Shown: one piece after another, positions 1-9,731 of the stretch
Numbering within the stretch: the stretch's first letter is position 1
Layout: the number at the start of each line of letters is the position of its first letter
Origin: Cellvibrio sp.
Lineage (GTDB): Bacteria > Pseudomonadota > Gammaproteobacteria > Pseudomonadales > Cellvibrionaceae
NCBI RefSeq assembly: GCF_046347455.1
Contig: NZ_JAXMGC010000001.1
Coordinates: 509,241 to 573,240, forward strand
DNA: 64,000 nucleotides
Reading direction: 5' to 3'
Position numbers and translations under genes: made by a program
Notes under the pieces: generated by a model
The model's input: the letters and a program-made list of their open reading frames with translations, nothing else
Databases searched by the model: none
What the model was told of the DNA's origin: nothing

Positions 1-1038
1 CGTATGCTCGATAACGTTATCGACATTAACTACTACGCGGTTGCAACTTCTAAAGCATCTAATTTGCGTCACCGTCCAATCGGTTTGGGCATTATGGGCT
101 TTCAGGATGCGCTTTATTTGCAACGCATCGCTTACAGCTCTGATGAAGCTGTGGCCTTCGCAGATACCTCAATGGAAGCAGTAAGTTACTACGCCATTAA
201 AGCATCAAGTGAATTGGCAAAAGAGCGTGGCAAGTATTCAACCTTCGAAGGTTCTTTGTGGAGCCAAGGCATTTTGCCGATCGACTCTATTGAGAAGCTC
301 GCACAAAACCGTGGCGAAAATTACATTAAAGTTGATCGCAGCCAAACGCTTGATTGGGATTCATTGCGCGCACAAGTTAAATCGCAAGGTATGCGCAACT
401 CAAACGTGATGGCAATTGCACCAACGGCAACTATTTCTAACATCACCGGTGTAACACAATCCATTGAGCCGACTTACCAAAACCTCTACGTGAAATCTAA
501 CCTGTCTGGTGAATTCACCGTAGTAAATCCACACTTGGTGCACGACCTTAAAGCTCGCGGCCTGTGGGATGCGGTAATGGTTAATGATTTGAAATACTAC
601 GAAGGTTCCGTGCAAAAAATTGATCGCATTCCTGCCGATTTGAAAGCGATTTATTCCACCGCCTTTGAAGTAGAACCCAAGTGGATTGTGGAAGCTGCAA
701 GCCGTCGCCAAAAGTGGATCGATCAAGCCCAAAGCTTGAACCTGTACATCGCTGGCGCTAATGGTAAGAAGCTCGACATCACCTACCGTATGGCATGGTA
801 CAGCGGCCTTAAAACCACTTACTACCTGCGCGCCTTAGCAGCCACTACAACCGAGAAATCCACCATCAATACAGGTGCATTGAATGCCGTATCTGCAACA
901 GGTGCCGGTGGAATTGCTGCAGCTCCTGCGGTGGCAGCGCCTGTGGTTTCGGAAATTGAACAAGCTAGTTTCGAGAAGGCAGCGCCAGTTCCACTGGCAT
1001 GCTCAATCGACAACCCGGATTGCGAGGCTTGCCAATAG
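1..1038 (+). CDS. nrdA: ribonucleoside-diphosphate reductase alpha subunit (class Ia NrdA), C-terminal ~345 aa; 5' end lies outside the window
   Basis: ORF is open to the window edge. Translation has NrdA-like blocks (RHRPIGLGIMGF, MAIAPTATIS, TTYYLR) and a C-terminal Cys pair (CSIDNPDCEAC). Confidence 0.9.
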   Translation, partial: RMLDNVIDINYYAVATSKASNLRHRPIGLGIMGFQDALYLQRIAYSSDEAVAFADTSMEAVSYYAIKASSELAKERGKYSTFEGSLWSQGILPIDSIEKLAQNRGENYIKVDRSQTLDWDSLRAQVKSQGMRNSNVMAIAPTATISNITGVTQSIEPTYQNLYVKSNLSGEFTVVNPHLVHDLKARGLWDAVMVNDLKYYEGSVQKIDRIPADLKAIYSTAFEVEPKWIVEAASRRQKWIDQAQSLNLYIAGANGKKLDITYRMAWYSGLKTTYYLRALAATTTEKSTINTGALNAVSATGAGGIAAAPAVAAPVVSEIEQASFEKAAPVPLACSIDNPDCEACQ

Positions 1039-1110
1039 GAATCACCGCAGATGAAACATATACTTTTCTGGGATAACTATTTGATAAACCTATAGTTTAT
1101 TATCTTTTTT

Positions 1111-1170
1111 GCGTATACCTGCTCTTTCCGTTATTCTTAGTTATTGAATACTAGGGAGAGCGTATACATT
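1111..1170. repeat. two direct copies of GCGTATAC (1111-1118, 1160-1167) in the recombinase operon leader
   Basis: Read directly. The second copy extends to GCGTATACATT (1160-1170), which is the exact reverse complement of AATGTATACGC at 28803-28813. Confidence 0.5.
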
Positions 1171-2412
1171 ATGAATTACTCAATCAGAACATTTATTGCC
1201 GCTGATAATGACAAAATGGCTGTCCTCATCAATGATGAGGGCAGCCCTTTTTTTTGGGCAAACATATTTGTCAACTCTCAATACCGAAATACAGGAAAAT
1301 CACATAACACTTGCATAAAAGTTTTAAGATCATTGGGGATGCTTTACGCTTGGGCATCAATCCAAACTACCATTAAAGATTTAGATCAACGCTTAACAAC
1401 GGGAGAATTTCTCAACACTGATGAAATTGAGGAATTAGCTATATTCCTTCGCTGTAATGCAGAGTCACAAAACGCATACTTAAAAAAATCAAAGAACAAT
1501 CACAGGAATATTATTTCCTCTGAAAAAATTAGATATGCTAGAGAAACGAAGCACAAATCTATCACTGCAGGTAACCGCCATGAAGGCGCTAGTCGTATAC
1601 GCTGGATAGCAATGTATCTGGAATATCATAAAAGAAGACGAGTCAGTAAATCTGATATCAACGCAAATTCATTGGAAATTTTTAAATCCCTTGCAGAAAC
1701 AAGTATTAATTACTTACGATCATTAACACCAAGGGTACATCCTGCTGAAGACGACGAAAATCTTGAAGGACTTGACAGGAAAATAGTTACTATAATTAAG
1801 GAAGCACTACACCCAGGATCACCAAAAAATCCATTTAACTCAAATTTTATTAAACACCGTAACCTCATTGTATGGCTCCTTTTTTATGATACAGGGGCCC
1901 GTAGAGATGAAATCAGAAATATTAAAATTGATGATATTGACCGAATTACATGCCACACACGCATAAGAATATCTAAAACCATTCCTCGCACAGTACCGCA
2001 CTCACAAGAACTCTCAGATAGATTTCATAGATATATTTTAGACTATTGGTCGAAATTGCCTTTATCAAGTCGCAAGAAAGGCTACTTGCTGACAACAGAA
2101 AAAGGCGCGCACTTATCTAATAATTCGATCAATAAAATATTTAAAAATATTCGAGAAAATATCTTAGAGGTGCCAAATTTTTTATCCCCTCACTCGATGC
2201 GACGTACATGGAATGACCGTTTCAGTGAAATGATTGATAATAATCCAAATAAAATTTCTTCCGAACAAGAACAACAAATGCGCAATCGACTTATGGGTTG
2301 GTCGGATAATTCTCGCGAAGCCATAAGATATGCAAAAAGGCATATTAGAAAATCTGCCGATTCACATGCAGAATATCTCGCAAACAACCCATGGCAGCAG
2401 GGAAATAATTGA
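1171..2412 (+). CDS. tyrosine recombinase / integrase, first of trio (GinA-like)
   Basis: ATG 1171 is preceded by GGGAGAG (1155-1161); an alternative TTG lies at 1144. Recombinase boxes: TGARRDE, HSMRRTW, RYAKRH. Stop TGA 2410-2412 overlaps the next ATG. Confidence 0.8.
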   Translation: MNYSIRTFIAADNDKMAVLINDEGSPFFWANIFVNSQYRNTGKSHNTCIKVLRSLGMLYAWASIQTTIKDLDQRLTTGEFLNTDEIEELAIFLRCNAESQNAYLKKSKNNHRNIISSEKIRYARETKHKSITAGNRHEGASRIRWIAMYLEYHKRRRVSKSDINANSLEIFKSLAETSINYLRSLTPRVHPAEDDENLEGLDRKIVTIIKEALHPGSPKNPFNSNFIKHRNLIVWLLFYDTGARRDEIRNIKIDDIDRITCHTRIRISKTIPRTVPHSQELSDRFHRYILDYWSKLPLSSRKKGYLLTTEKGAHLSNNSINKIFKNIRENILEVPNFLSPHSMRRTWNDRFSEMIDNNPNKISSEQEQQMRNRLMGWSDNSREAIRYAKRHIRKSADSHAEYLANNPWQQGNN

Positions 2413-3848
2413 TGAATCGTCAACCTATTCCAATACCGGAAAGTCTTGTGATGGAGCAAGAAGTTATTCTCTTGGACGGGAGAGCAGTATTAATAAAAGC
2501 AGCGAACGAGCAAACTTTTACCACATCAGATGCAGGCAATTTTATAATCCATCTTGCATGGCTAAACACAGGATATGTTGTTCATAAAAACTGGTTTAAA
2601 GGTATCTGTAATCTAGCTGCAACTCATAGCCTGACCTATTTAGCCGTAACTTCCCGCGGATTAAAAATTTGGAATGATGAACTTAATCTGGTCTCAGATG
2701 ATGAAATATCCATTAATTCGATTAACCTATTATCTAAAATCCCCTCAAGCTATCATCCCTTTATAGTTCCGTTTCTTCGTCGCCAAATTTCAACTGGCCT
2801 GAAAGGAATTGACGAAGAAACAAGAGAATTTCTCCTAAAGGACTACAAATGGGAAGAAAAAGGTAATGGTTCGTATTTTTCATTAATAACCAATGACCCT
2901 GAATGTGGCGCATTAACTGATCAAGAATTGCATAGTCTTCACACAGAGTTAAATTACGCATTCAGCACCAACAAAATTGACATTTCTGCGTTCGCACTTA
3001 CATGGATGTTTATTGCTACTGGACTTCGGCCAATTCAAATCGCGCGCATGAAAGTCAAAGATGTACAAATCTTGGAAGGGCCAGAAGGCAAAGAAGTCAA
3101 TCTGCGCGTGCCACTTGCAAAAGGCGAACAAACAGCAAAACAATCATATTGGTGGCGTCGTGCTCCCAGCGTATTAGCAGAAATACTGATAACCTATATT
3201 GAGCAGCTTCAGTTAAGCACCGAAAAATCACTTTTTGAAGGAGTCTCAAGCACTTTATCAAATCGAATCACGACACTGTTTGACAAACTAAATACTTGGT
3301 CAGATAGATTAGAAAGCACCATTCCCATTACACCTTATCGATTCCGCTATACATTCGCGACAAGAGCGCTTCGCCAAGGAGCGTCTGATATGGAAGTAGC
3401 TCGTTTGCTCACTCACCGCAGCACAAGCTGTATCCAATTTTACCGAGCTTCCATGCCAGAACTACAAGAACCTATTCGGGAAAAAATCGGCCAGGAAATG
3501 GATTATTTTGCGCGAGCATTTAGGGGTAAGTTAATTGCTGATATAAGTGAAGCAACTCAACAAGATAAAGGCGCGAGTTTAATAAGGGATTTTATGCATC
3601 TCACAGGACAACAATTAGGTGCGTGTGGAACCCAAGCCAAATGTTATCAAAATGCTCCAATCGCCTGCTTGACCTGCAGTTACTTTGAACCATTTCGTGA
3701 AGCCCCATGGAATCAACTATTAAGTAAGCTCGAGGAAGATCAATCCAAAGAGCGTGAAGATCGCATAAAAATGATTACCCAAAATGCAATTGATGCAACA
3801 AAAGAAATCATTAGTTTACGTGATTTAAAAGGGGAAAATACAAAATGA
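2412..3848 (+). CDS. tyrosine recombinase / integrase, second of trio (GinB-like)
   Basis: ATG 2412 overlaps the upstream TGA (TGATG). Motifs: ATGLRPIQI, YRFRYTFAT, LLTHRSTSCIQFY. Confidence 0.8.
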   Translation: MNRQPIPIPESLVMEQEVILLDGRAVLIKAANEQTFTTSDAGNFIIHLAWLNTGYVVHKNWFKGICNLAATHSLTYLAVTSRGLKIWNDELNLVSDDEISINSINLLSKIPSSYHPFIVPFLRRQISTGLKGIDEETREFLLKDYKWEEKGNGSYFSLITNDPECGALTDQELHSLHTELNYAFSTNKIDISAFALTWMFIATGLRPIQIARMKVKDVQILEGPEGKEVNLRVPLAKGEQTAKQSYWWRRAPSVLAEILITYIEQLQLSTEKSLFEGVSSTLSNRITTLFDKLNTWSDRLESTIPITPYRFRYTFATRALRQGASDMEVARLLTHRSTSCIQFYRASMPELQEPIREKIGQEMDYFARAFRGKLIADISEATQQDKGASLIRDFMHLTGQQLGACGTQAKCYQNAPIACLTCSYFEPFREAPWNQLLSKLEEDQSKEREDRIKMITQNAIDATKEIISLRDLKGENTK

Positions 3849-5878
3849 ATATAATCACTTCTTTTCAGGGACACGCCGAATTAACAGCCCAGCAAAATCT
3901 TGAGAAATTTATTCAGCACGCCAAACAAAATTGTCCTCTAGACAACGTAGATTGGAATAGCGATATATGGGACGTAACAGAAATATGTAAAAAAGGTTAC
4001 CAAGGAAAAGGGAAAGCGTATGTATATTTTAAATCAGCAACAGATACAAAAAATTCAACCAAAATTACTACACCACTTCAAGAGCCATTTAAAAGTTTTG
4101 CTAAAGCTACCTTTTCTGAATATTTGCGAAAATACAGACCGGTGGAATATAAACGTCCTTTGTATGCTCTACAAACTTTAGAGCAAGCACTTATTCATTG
4201 CAAACAAATTCCTTGCATTACGAATCTTTCTACAGATGTTCTTGATACAACCAGTATTTTTTTAAAAGAGCGCTATCAAGATCCTTGGTTACTCGGAAAA
4301 CAACTTGAGAAGATTATAATAAATTTCATAGAACCTGCTCGGCTAAGCAATCAATTTCTCGATTGGAAGTCTCCTTTTAAATATAAAACACCTACCCGCA
4401 GTGATCGAGTAAACTCGAATGGCAACCACGAAAAACTTCCATCAGTACAAACAATTTTAGCACTCGCAGAAATCCATAACTCTTCACTATATACTCCAGA
4501 CAAAATAACAACCAGCTGGGTATGTCTAGCAATGCACGCACCAAGCAGAGTGACTGAAATTTTATCACTTTCAGTAAAGTGTGTTGTACAAGCGCAAGGC
4601 CCTAATCAAGTGGCAATGGGATTACGATGGCACCCAATTAAGGGGGGGCAACCTATCACAAAATTTGCTCTTTCTGACAATGCCGCCGCTCTCACTCAGA
4701 GTGCAATTAACTATCTTATTGATATTGGAGCAAATGCTAGAAAGGCCGCATCGTGGTATGAATTAAATCCAGGGCAACTATATCTTCCAGAAGGATTTGA
4801 GCATCTTCGAGATCAACCATTAACTCTATGCGAAATAACTAAAATACTAGGAAGAAGAAACCTAATTAAGAGTTCTTTTGCTGCAGAGACATGTAAATTT
4901 ATCAACGTAGGATTGACTACTGATAAATCCCGTTTCAATGAAGCACAAAACACAACAAGTGCAGCCATTTATTGCTTTAAATCAGTTGAACGCTGGGTTA
5001 ACGCCCAACTTCCAAAATCATTTCCTATAATTTGTAAGGCTAGCAATCTTAAATACAGTGACGCTTTATTCACACTTCCTAAAAACATTTTCAGACCACG
5101 TGCCGATACACTCGAATATGTCCCAGACACTGTATCTGTCAGCCAGATAAACCATCAACTAGGCGCACATCCAGCTGGCCTCACTGTATTCTTCAGAAAC
5201 AATAAAATCGACGAGGACGGCAATCCTTTAGAAATTACTTCCCATCAATTTCGGCACTTTTTAAATACTCTCGCGCAATCCAAGTACCTCAACCAATCAT
5301 TGATAGCGCTGTGGTCCGGCAGAAGAGATGTTAGCCAAAACAAATGGTACAACCACGTACCTCAAGAGGCGTTTATCGAAGCCTATCGACTCCTGCAAGC
5401 AGACGTGCCTGAGCCCGCGATCGAAGGCCCATTGAATGAAAAAACTAATACTATTGCAGACATCAATTTAATTACCAAAGCCGACGCAATTAAGCATGAA
5501 TTAGGAGCTATTCACGTAACTAGATATGGACTGTGCCGGCACGATTATTCTCTGACACCCTGCCCCAAAGACAAAGATTGCATTAATTGTGGTGAGCACT
5601 TGTTTACGAAAGGAGATAGAGCTCAGCTAGAAGAAGCAGAGACTCAATTGCAATTACTTCAAAATGCAGTACGGATAGCAACAGAAGCTTTAGAGAATGG
5701 TGAGCCAGGTGTAGAACGATGGTTGGAATTAAATCGACCAAAACTGGAGCGCTGGAAGCTGGCAGTCCAAAAACTAAAAGATCCAAACATTAAAGATTCA
5801 ACACTTATATCACTACCTAAAGTCCCCATGAGCCAAACGAAGACTGGACTGGCTTTCGAGATAGCAATGCAGCCGTAG
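3845..5878 (+). CDS. large tyrosine recombinase / integrase, third of trio (GinC-like)
   Basis: ATGA start/stop overlap at 3845-3848. Motifs: APSRVTEIL, SHQFRHFLNT, GRRDVSQNKWYNH. A Cys cluster (CRHDYSLTPCPKDKDCINCGEH) sits near the C-terminus. Confidence 0.8.
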   Translation: MNIITSFQGHAELTAQQNLEKFIQHAKQNCPLDNVDWNSDIWDVTEICKKGYQGKGKAYVYFKSATDTKNSTKITTPLQEPFKSFAKATFSEYLRKYRPVEYKRPLYALQTLEQALIHCKQIPCITNLSTDVLDTTSIFLKERYQDPWLLGKQLEKIIINFIEPARLSNQFLDWKSPFKYKTPTRSDRVNSNGNHEKLPSVQTILALAEIHNSSLYTPDKITTSWVCLAMHAPSRVTEILSLSVKCVVQAQGPNQVAMGLRWHPIKGGQPITKFALSDNAAALTQSAINYLIDIGANARKAASWYELNPGQLYLPEGFEHLRDQPLTLCEITKILGRRNLIKSSFAAETCKFINVGLTTDKSRFNEAQNTTSAAIYCFKSVERWVNAQLPKSFPIICKASNLKYSDALFTLPKNIFRPRADTLEYVPDTVSVSQINHQLGAHPAGLTVFFRNNKIDEDGNPLEITSHQFRHFLNTLAQSKYLNQSLIALWSGRRDVSQNKWYNHVPQEAFIEAYRLLQADVPEPAIEGPLNEKTNTIADINLITKADAIKHELGAIHVTRYGLCRHDYSLTPCPKDKDCINCGEHLFTKGDRAQLEEAETQLQLLQNAVRIATEALENGEPGVERWLELNRPKLERWKLAVQKLKDPNIKDSTLISLPKVPMSQTKTGLAFEIAMQP

Positions 5879-5928
5879 ATTATTAACAGTTCTCAATTTT
5901 TTAAAGATAAAAATATAGGTATATTCTA

Positions 5929-6321
5929 ATGGGCGCCCCAAAACTCAATGACAAAAATATTGAAAAAGCTGTAGAACTACTTGATGGCTGGACAGGAAAG
6001 TTAACATGGGAAAGATATCTAGCAATATTAGCTACTCAAATCAATCACAAGTACACCAAAGCTGCAATGCTTCGTCACGCTCGAATTAAAGATGCTTGGG
6101 ATCATGCAAAGAATAGATTACAAAGCACACCACAAGAAGGAGGATATGGCAACGCAGCTCTCAAGCAAGCAAAAGATAGAATCCACGAACTAGAAGAGCG
6201 AACCGCTCGACTAAAACGTGAAAATGATAAATTATTGGAACAATTTGTAAGGTGGGCTAATAACGCAATTCGTAAAGGACTATCCCTGGAAGACCTTGAT
6301 CAGCAAACTCCACGCCGCTGA
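5929..6321 (+). CDS. small helical protein following the recombinase trio (GinD-like position)
   Basis: 130 aa, same strand, 50 nt after the third recombinase. The C-terminal half looks coiled-coil (RIHELEERTARLKRENDKLLEQF). I recognise no catalytic motif. Confidence 0.55.
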   Translation: MGAPKLNDKNIEKAVELLDGWTGKLTWERYLAILATQINHKYTKAAMLRHARIKDAWDHAKNRLQSTPQEGGYGNAALKQAKDRIHELEERTARLKRENDKLLEQFVRWANNAIRKGLSLEDLDQQTPRR

Positions 6322-6384
6322 TTAAATTAATAAGTTGCATCCATTGCTAACTAATGAGAATAAGTTAGCCAGAGTAAGCAACAA

Positions 6385-6636
6385 CTAGTTTTCCTCCCCA
6401 AGGGATTGAATTAATAGTGCTAGCCCTTCATGCGGATCTGCGCCTAACACCTGGCAGTATTTTACAAACTCCAGCAACTCAATTTTCTTTCGGCGTTGTT
6501 CTATCTTGCCCACAATCGAGTGATGGCGATTCATGATTTCGGATACTTCGCGCTGCGAGTAGCCACTCTTTCCTCGCTGTTCTTTCAGCCAAGTCTGGAG
6601 TTTTTCATAGTGAGGTGAATAAGGAGAGGATTTCAT
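6385..6636 (-). CDS. XRE-family helix-turn-helix transcriptional regulator
   Basis: 83 aa with an HTH signature (GYSQREVSEIMNRHHSIVGKIEQRRKKIELLEF). Divergent from the 6686-9599 operon across only 49 bp. Confidence 0.8.
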   Translation of the reverse strand: MKSSPYSPHYEKLQTWLKEQRGKSGYSQREVSEIMNRHHSIVGKIEQRRKKIELLEFVKYCQVLGADPHEGLALLIQSLGEEN

Positions 6637-6658
6637 TGCCCGGATGATAGAGACCGGC

Positions 6659-6679
6659 TAGAATGGCGCGAAATTCGCG
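6659..6679 (+). promoter_or_regulatory. candidate -10 (TAGAAT 6659-6664) followed by a 13-bp palindromic operator CGCGAA-A-TTCGCG (6667-6679)
   Basis: Perfect 6-bp inverted arms with a 1-nt centre, read directly in the 49-bp divergent intergenic region between the XRE gene and the helicase operon. Confidence 0.4.
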
Positions 6680-6685
6680 GCACAA

Positions 6686-7237
6686 ATGATAATTATTCCT
6701 ATGAAAGAGATTGCTTTGAAGTCTGAAATACTTGATGTATTGAAAGATATTAGTGTTACTTCATTTACGGTGGATGAGCTTACAGAGACTTACCTACAAC
6801 ATCCTTCAAGCTTGCATACGTCAAAAAAAGCAGCTCGGCAATTTGTATATCGTAATATGCAAAGGTTGATGAAAGTGGGTTATATGGAGCGTTTAAAAGC
6901 AGCTGGTAGATGGCCGCATTACGCGTTGACGCAGCAATTTATCCAGCTGTACAAAGCTACCCCCTCAGTCGCAATATCACCTTTTCCATCTGTAGATACA
7001 GATGCTGTGCAATTGAATACTGATCCACTGGCAAGCCTTAAAGAAAGACTAAAAGTACATCAAGCGGAAGTCTTGACTGCGATGGGCGAAATGGAGGAAT
7101 ACGAAGCAATTTGCCAAGAGATGCCAGATTTGCGTGAGATTGCTCAACCACGCTATAACGAGTCGCGCGAGCGTTGTTCACGATTACTGGGACGAGTAAA
7201 AGCATTGGAGAGCTTATTGGTAACAGAAGCGGGTTAA
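6686..7237 (+). CDS. hypothetical protein; possible winged-helix N-terminus plus coiled-coil C-terminus
   Basis: 183-aa ORF. The N-terminal segment RQFVYRNMQRLMKVGYMERL...GRWPHYALT resembles a recognition helix plus wing. The stop lies 2 nt before the helicase ATG. Start is uncertain (6686 or 6701). Confidence 0.5.
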   Translation: MIIIPMKEIALKSEILDVLKDISVTSFTVDELTETYLQHPSSLHTSKKAARQFVYRNMQRLMKVGYMERLKAAGRWPHYALTQQFIQLYKATPSVAISPFPSVDTDAVQLNTDPLASLKERLKVHQAEVLTAMGEMEEYEAICQEMPDLREIAQPRYNESRERCSRLLGRVKALESLLVTEAG

Positions 7238-7239
7238 TT

Positions 7240-8652
7240 ATGCGTCTGCGCCAGTGGCAGTCAAACTGCATTCGTAAAGCCTTAGTTCAATACACCAGTG
7301 GTCATCATCACTTCCTTTGTTTAGCAACGCCTGCCGCTGGAAAAACGCGAATGGCCGCCACACTGGCGGGATTACTGCTCCAAAAAAATAAAATTGATTT
7401 GGTTCTGTGCTTTTCTCCCTCCGTTATAGTCGCGACGGATTTTCAAAGTGCACTAGAACAACAAGTCCAATTGCCGATGGATGGTCGCTTGGGATCAAAG
7501 GGACAGTCGCTGACTTACCAATCCATGTTGACTCAGGATGAAAAATTTTGGTCATTGTTCGATAGGTACCGCATATTCGCTATCTTTGATGAGATTCATC
7601 ATTGTGCAGGCGATTCAGCAGACAATACCAATGCTTGGGGTCACCAAATTATTGAGCGCATTCAAGGGCGAGCCGCGTTTACTTTAGCTTTGACGGGTAC
7701 ACCCTGGCGTTCCGACCGTATTCCTATTTCCTTGGCAAATTACACATTAGAAGACAAAGTTCACTGCGACTTCGTATACGGGTTACGAGATGCGGTTAAG
7801 GATAATGTGTGTCGCGCTCCGGTGATTACGCTGGTGGATAATGATCGCATTCACATTCATCAAGGAAGTGAGGAGCAGATATTTACGTGCTTTGCTGACC
7901 TCCTGAAGCAGTCTGATTGTTCCTATCAGGAACTCATCAGAAACGAGGCATTAATTACCTATCTATTGGAGCAATCTTCAAAGAAGCTGCGTACGTTGCG
8001 CAAACAACACGCTGACGCTGGTGGGCTGATTGTGGCCGCCTCAGTGGAACACGCCTACAAGATTGCGGATATTTTGCAGCGTCGCTTGGGTGAAATAGCC
8101 GTGATTGCCACTTACATGGGCGAGAATCCGCAAGCCGCGATTACGACGTTCAGGGCGAGTAACGAACCCTGGATCATATCTGTTGGTATGGTGAGTGAAG
8201 GTACCAATATTCCTCGCTTGCGAGTGTGCTGTCATTTAACTCGCGTTAAAACTGAGCTGCATTTTCGACAAGTGTTGGGACGTATTTTACGCATGGATGG
8301 TATTCACCCTGGTGATAGCTACTTGTACGTTCCAGCTGAGCCCAGCTTGGCTGAATATGCCGGACGTATCATTGAAGAAATTCCAGACGCAGGCACCCTC
8401 CGTCGCGATGTTATGCCTTCGTTGTTGGTTGCAGACGATGTATCAAAACCCCAGGCTCAAAGTGAGCCGCCCAGTACTGAGATGGAACGATTGCATTTTG
8501 ATTTTGATAGTGCGCCATCTCCTTCAGTTGCGTCACAGGACATCAATCCAGCTCCACAAGGCACATTACTCGCAACCTATTACGAAGCCAATATCAATAT
8601 GTTTGGTCGTTTCCGGCAAGAATTGCTCACATTACAACGGCTCTGCGCCTAA
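7240..8652 (+). CDS. superfamily-2 DEAD/DEAH-box helicase (type III restriction Res-like core)
   Basis: Walker A ATPAAGKT, motif II FDEIHH, motif III LTGTPWR, motif VI QVLGRILR. ATG 7240 lies just after the upstream stop, so the 7174 start in the ORF track is an overlapping extension. Confidence 0.8.
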   Translation: MRLRQWQSNCIRKALVQYTSGHHHFLCLATPAAGKTRMAATLAGLLLQKNKIDLVLCFSPSVIVATDFQSALEQQVQLPMDGRLGSKGQSLTYQSMLTQDEKFWSLFDRYRIFAIFDEIHHCAGDSADNTNAWGHQIIERIQGRAAFTLALTGTPWRSDRIPISLANYTLEDKVHCDFVYGLRDAVKDNVCRAPVITLVDNDRIHIHQGSEEQIFTCFADLLKQSDCSYQELIRNEALITYLLEQSSKKLRTLRKQHADAGGLIVAASVEHAYKIADILQRRLGEIAVIATYMGENPQAAITTFRASNEPWIISVGMVSEGTNIPRLRVCCHLTRVKTELHFRQVLGRILRMDGIHPGDSYLYVPAEPSLAEYAGRIIEEIPDAGTLRRDVMPSLLVADDVSKPQAQSEPPSTEMERLHFDFDSAPSPSVASQDINPAPQGTLLATYYEANINMFGRFRQELLTLQRLCA

Positions 8653-8661
8653 GGTATTTCC

Positions 8662-9081
8662 ATGAAAGCTCCGACTGATGCCATTCAAGAAGTGGCTGGT
8701 ATGCTTTACGAAACTGGAATCTTTTGTGACTTTGGTATCGATGAATCACTTTTGCCTGCCATGATTGATATGGCAAAAACACGCTACCCCAACAGAGCTA
8801 TTAGGGCTGTTAAGAGCTGGATGTGGTGGGACTTTGAAGTATCAGAGGAAACTCGTGGTCTTTTCCAAGAAAATGGAATACAGCCAGCTATCGTTTTTGC
8901 TCATTATTTGATTTGGGACAGCAGCAGGCGTTTCCAAGAAGGTTGGAATGTCAAAACCACGGCATTGGTCAGGTTTGAAGAAAACTGTTTTTTTATAACG
9001 CGTAATACCGCCTATATTCTAGTGGGCAAAGGACATCGGAAAACTGTCGATCCGCAAGCAGCAGCAAGCTTGCATTTCTAA
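8662..9081 (+). CDS. hypothetical protein (139 aa), no recognisable motif
   Basis: ORF starts 10 nt after the helicase stop on the same strand. No antisense gene competes for the region. Confidence 0.5.
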   Translation: MKAPTDAIQEVAGMLYETGIFCDFGIDESLLPAMIDMAKTRYPNRAIRAVKSWMWWDFEVSEETRGLFQENGIQPAIVFAHYLIWDSSRRFQEGWNVKTTALVRFEENCFFITRNTAYILVGKGHRKTVDPQAAASLHF

Positions 9082-9122
9082 AGCGTAATGATGCTTGTGG
9101 ATGACTTAAATATCAGGACTTT

Positions 9123-9599
9123 ATGATGGTATTACCTCCGATTCTGGATTTTGAAGCAAGCAGTTTGTCCGACACCAGTTATCCCATAAGCGCAGGATTG
9201 GTTGTCGCGGGACAGGTTTATTACTGGGTTATCAAACCACGAGCTGATTGGATTGATTGGTCACTTGAAAGTCAGGCTATTCATGGGCTAAGGCGCTCGT
9301 TTATCGAAGAGCATGGTATTCCTGCTCATCAGGTGTATGCAGAAATAACAGAAAAACTGAATGGGCATGAGGTCATCTATTCTGATGCCCCGGCGTGGGA
9401 AAGTTTATGGTTGCAGCGGCTGGGAGTATTCAATCTTCGCATCGCTGACATTGGTGAACTAATCGGCAATGACCAGCGCGCGAGCTTTTCCAGTGAGCTT
9501 ACCAAGACCTTCGAAAACAATAAATTAACGCAACATCGTGCGGATCACGACGCTTGGGCCATAGCGTTAACAGTGGAAAAATTGCTCAAGAATAAATAG
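9123..9599 (+). CDS. DnaQ-like DEDDh 3'-5' exonuclease (small, stand-alone)
   Basis: Exo I DFEAS, Exo II YSDAPAWESLWL, Exo III HRADHDA (H-x4-D). 158 aa. Confidence 0.7.
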   Translation: MMVLPPILDFEASSLSDTSYPISAGLVVAGQVYYWVIKPRADWIDWSLESQAIHGLRRSFIEEHGIPAHQVYAEITEKLNGHEVIYSDAPAWESLWLQRLGVFNLRIADIGELIGNDQRASFSSELTKTFENNKLTQHRADHDAWAIALTVEKLLKNK

Positions 9600-9731
9600 T
9601 TCGGACGGTTAAATATAAACACTGGACACTAAGCCAACTACAGCATCATGATGCAACAAAAGCTCAGGTGAAATCATCATTTGACACGTACCAATGAGAT
9701 TTTTGCCTTTGCTTAAGTCAACCAACAACTA

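Noticed and set aside
7174-7239. Upstream in-frame extension of the helicase ORF, given as the start in the ORF track.
   Set aside because: It would overlap the last 64 nt of the preceding gene. ATG 7240, directly after the upstream stop, gives normal coupling, and the helicase N-terminal motif begins right there.
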